Positions 36,201-40,055 of a DNA stretch of 40,055 bases are shown here, one piece after another (the first letter of the stretch is position 1; each line of letters starts with the position of its first letter). The stretch is taken from assembly GCA_036172245.1 (NCBI GenBank), contig JAYWIR010000122.1, forward strand, positions 62,001 through 102,055, given 5' to 3'. The notes beneath the pieces were generated by a model that saw only the letters and a program-made list of their open reading frames with translations, did no database searches and was not told where the DNA came from. Both the position numbers and the translations under genes were made by a program. Origin of the DNA: Raillietiella orientalis (taxonomy: Eukaryota).

Positions 36201-37932
36201 TGAATAGGTTTGAGGTTGTTGTGTTTCATTCACTTGTTGCAAGCGATGACGTTACAATTGGCATGTGAAAAACCCAAATTTGCATCACCGTGGAGAGTCC
36301 AATTGAGAATTATCCGAATTAGTGCAATGGCTGATTGGACGCAATTAGAATTCATCTGGAACCAGCATACACTGGAAATTTAGACCACAAAAAGAATTTT
36401 CCCGTTCACAAAACTTGATCTCGGTATTGCAAAAATTGTTGCCATTAAAGGAACTCAATCTCCAGTGTGCCTATACCTAAAGTAGTTTGCACTTGTTGTG
36501 ATTTTTTTACTTGTTGAGAGGAATGGGGTTGAAATGGGCATGTGATAAACGTTAATTTGCATCCCCGTAAAGAGGGACCATTCAGCATGCTCCGAAGGAG
36601 TGCAATGGCTGATTGGACTCAATTAGAATCCATTTAGAACCCCGAAACACTGAAAATTTTGACCACAAAACGAATTTCCCGGTCATAAATCTTGATTTCC
36701 GTATTAGAAAAATGGTTCCCAAGAAAGCAACTCTAAAGCAAGTGTGCCTATCCCTGAATAAGTTTGCGCTTGTTCTCATTTATTCAATTGTGGCAAGGGA
36801 TGGGGCTGGAATGGGAATGTGATAAACGTCCATCAGCATAACCGTGGAGAGACACCCGAGAGAATGCTCCGAAGGAGGCAATGGTTGATTGGACGCAATT
36901 AGAGTTCATTTGGAATCACCAAACTTTGGAAATTTAGACCACCAAAGGAATTTCGCGGTCATAAATCTTGATCTCTGTATCCCAAAAATGGTTGCCATGA
37001 AAACAACTCAAAGTCCAGTGTGCCTATTCCTGAATAAGCTTGCCCTTCTTGTAGTTTATTTACCTTTTGCAAGGAACGGGTTCAGAATAGGCATGTGGGA
37101 AACGTGCACTTGCATAACCGTGGATAGGGAACCGTGGGAATGCTCCGAAGTAGGAAATGTTTCATTGTACACAATTCGAATTCATTCTGAACCTCGAAAA
37201 CCTTCGAATTTAGACCACCAAACGAATTTTGCGGTCATAAACTTGATCTCCGTAGTACAAATATGGTTGCCATGAAAACAACTCAACGTCCAGTGTGCCT
37301 ATGCCTGAATCAGTTTCGCTTGTTGTTATTTATTCACTTGTTGCAAGGGATTGGGTTGCAATGGGCATGTGGTAGACTTGCACTTGCATTACCGTGCAGA
37401 AGCAACCGTGAGAAAGCTCCTAAGGAGGAAATGTTTCATTGAACACAATTGGAATTCATTTGGAACAGCGAAACACTGGAAATTTTGGCAACAAAATAAA
37501 TTCGCGTTCATAAAACTTGATCTCCGTATTAGAAAAATGGTTCTCAAGAAAGCAACTCTAAGGCCAGTGTGCCTATCCCTAAATAAGTTTGCGCTTGTTG
37601 TGATTTATTTACTTGTTGCTACGGATGGGGTTGGAATGTGCATGTGATAAACGTGCATTTGCATCACCGTGGATAGAAACCATTCAGAATTCTCCGCAGA
37701 AGGCCATGTTTGATTGGACGCAATTAAAATTTATTTGGAACCAGCACACATTTTAAATTTAGACCACAAAAGAGAGTTCCCCGTCATAAAGCTTGAACTA
37801 CGTCTTTCCAAAATGCTAACCATGAAATAAACTCAAAGTCTAGTGTGCCTATACCTGAAGAAGTTTGCAGTTGTTGCAGTTTGTTCACTTGTTGAAAGGG
37901 ATGCAGTTGGAATGGGCATGTGGTAAACGTGC
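30251..37932 (+). repeat. Tandem satellite array S2, ~276-277-bp monomers, about 28 copies
   Basis: TTGATCTCC-like anchor at 30331, 30608, 30884, 31160, 31436, 31713, 31990, 32266 ... ~37793 (27 intervals, mean ~276.4 bp). Core TTGATCTCCGTATTACAAAAATGGTTGCCATGAAAGCAACTCAAAGTCCAGTGTGCCTAT. Confidence 0.96.
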
Positions 37933-40055
37933 GAAGCATCCATTTTCTATGAGTGGGAAATTCCCTTCATGGACACCCGCACAACCTTCCAATTTCCTTG
38001 GTGCAGAAGAACATTGAGATGAGTTCGAAGTTTCATTAGGGTGGGGTACTTTGACCTCGGTGTGGTTTTCATGGTTACCAGTGTCGGAGTTATAAAGAGA
38101 ATGTTTCCCTTCGCTCTGATTCATTATATGGTCCAAATTTGCAACTATTTGGGGGTTGTAACCACTTCAAAGTCATCAGATTTCAACATTGCACTTTTGC
38201 GCCTCTTCACGAAGGATTCATTTGCAGTGAGTGGCAAATTCTTGTTATGGAGACCCGCACATCCTTGCAATTTCCTTGTTTAAGAAGCACATTGAGATGA
38301 GTTCGAAGTTTCATTAGAGTGAGGCACTTTGTCCTCTGCGTGGTTTCCATGGTAAACAGTATCGGAGTTATAAAGAGAATGTTTCCCTTCGCTCTGATTC
38401 ATTATATAGTCCAAATATGCAACTTTTTGGAAATTGTAACCACCTTGAAGTCAGCAGATTTCACCATTGCACTTTTGCGCCACTTCACGAAGCATCCATT
38501 TCCAGTGAGTGGCAGATTCCCGTGATGGAGACCCGCTCATCCGTGCAATTTCCTTGGTTCAGCAGCACATTGAGAAGAGTTCGAAGTTTCATTAGGGTGG
38601 GGCACTTTGTCCTCTGTGCGGTTTCCATGGTAACCAGTGTCGGAGTTAGAAAGAGAATGTTTCCCTACGCTCTGATTGAGTATATGGTCCAAATTTGCAA
38701 CTTTTTGGGGGTTGTAACCACTTCGAAGTCATCAGATTCCACCTTTGCACTTTTGCGCCTCTTCGCGAAGGAACCATTTGCAGTGAGTGGCAAATTCCCG
38801 TTATGGAGACCCGCATAACCTTCGAATTTCCTTCGTTCAGAAACACATTGAGATGAGATCGAAGTTTCATTAGAGTGAGGCACTTTGTCCTCTGTGTGCT
38901 TTTCATGGTAAGCACTGTCGGAGCAAGAAAGAGATTGTTTCTTTTCGCTCTGATTCATTATATGGTACAAATTTACGACGTTTTGGGGGTTGTGATCACT
39001 CCGAAGACAGCAGATTTCACTAATGCACTTTTGCGCCTCTTCACGAAGCTTCTATTTGCAGTGAGTGGCAATTTGCCGACATGGAAACCCGCACAACCTT
39101 CCAATATCCTTGGTTCAGAAGAACATTAAGATGAGTTCGAAGTTTCATTAGGGTGGGGCACTTTGGCTTCTGTCTGGTTTTCATAGTAACCTGTGTCGAA
39201 GTTATAAAGAGAATGTTTCCCTTTGCTCTGATTGATTATATGGTCCAAATTTGCAACTTTTTGGGGGATGTAATCACTCCGAAATCAGCAGACATCACCA
39301 TTGCACTTTTGCGCCTCTTCAAAAAGAATCTCTTTGCAGTGAGTGGCAAATTCCATTCATGGACGCCCGCATAATCTTCGAATTTCCTTGGTTCAGGGGA
39401 ACATGGAGATGAGTTCGAAGTTTTATTAGGATGGAGCACTTTGGCATCTGTGTGGTTTTCACGGTAACCAGTGTCCGAGTTAGAAAGACAATGTTTCCAT
39501 TCGCTCTGATTCATTATATTGTCCAAATTTGCAACTTTTATGGGGTTGTAATGACTTCGAAGTCAGCAGATTAACCATTGCACTTTAGCGTTTCATCCGA
39601 TAGCATCCATTTGGTGTGGGAGGGAAATTCCATTCATGGACAACCGCAGAACCAACCAATTTCCTTGGTTCAGAAGAACATGAAGAGAAGTTCGATGTTT
39701 CATTAGGGTGTGGCAGTTTGGCCTCTGTGCAGTTTTCACGGTAACCAGTGTCAAAGTTAGAAAGACAATGTTTCCATTCGCTCTGATTCATTATATTGTC
39801 CAAATTTGCAACTTTTATGGGGCTGTAAGCACTTCGAAGTCAGCAGATTTCACCATTGCACTTTTGCGCCTCTTCACGGAGCATCTATTTGCAGGGAGTC
39901 GCAAATTTCCTTCATGAACACCCGCACAACCTTCCAATTTCCTTGGTTCAGAAGAACATTGAGATCAGGTCGAAGTTTCATTAGGATCGAGCACTTTGGC
40001 GTCTGTGTGGTTTTCACGGTAACCAGTGTCCGAGTTAGAAAGACAATGTTTCCAT
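37933..40055 (-). repeat. Tandem satellite array S3, ~278-bp monomers, reverse-complement subfamily of S1; runs off the window
   Basis: GAGTTCGAAGTTTCATTAG anchor at 38021, 38299, 38577, 38855, 39133, 39411, ~39687, ~39966. The reverse complement reads ...CTCCATAACGGGAATTTGCCACTCACTGCAAATGG...AAGAGGCGC...AGTGCAATGGTGAAATCTGCTGACTTCGAA...CCGACACTGGTTACCATG, as in S1. Confidence 0.95.

Noticed and set aside
26586..39917. Dozens of similar 60-130 aa ORFs suggesting a tandem gene family
   Set aside because: They recur at the satellite period on both strands and in several frames, mostly use non-ATG starts, and are freely broken by stops and indels; no coding constraint or splice pattern is visible.
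26455..40055. CRISPR array or other prokaryotic repeat-spacer system
   Set aside because: Whole ~277-bp units repeat with no unique spacers; the context is spliceosomal eukaryotic genes; no cas-like ORFs.
26455..40055. Hammerhead-ribozyme satellite (retrozyme), suggested by the monomer size
   Set aside because: No conserved CTGANGA...GAAA core on either strand; only isolated near-matches (e.g. CTGATGA at 26821). A covariance-model scan would settle it.

Overview
Eukaryotic (animal-type, AT-rich, very short introns) genomic window running from genes into satellite DNA; the species cannot be identified from sequence alone. Left half: a 5'-truncated L1/Tx1-like LINE 3' end (~1.65-2.75 kb), then two intron-containing + strand genes packed very tightly: a GON4L/GON-4-like gene (CDS ~4154-18055) and an FBXW2-like F-box/WD40 gene (~18333-20311). 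Middle (21.67-26.45 kb): a GC-rich mosaic of four decayed L1/Tx1-clade LINE pieces in alternating orientation: ORF2 C-terminus plus 3'UTR (-), ORF1 N-terminus (+), near-complete ORF1 (+), ORF2 RT to Zn-finger (-). Right third (26455 to window end): three abutting ~277-bp tandem satellite arrays. They look different but belong to one superfamily: they share three sequence boxes at identical spacing (0/+163/+218), the third array is inverted, and there are recurrent deletion monomers and block duplications. The many 60-130 aa ORFs over the satellites are judged artefacts. All family assignments are from recalled motifs, not database searches.
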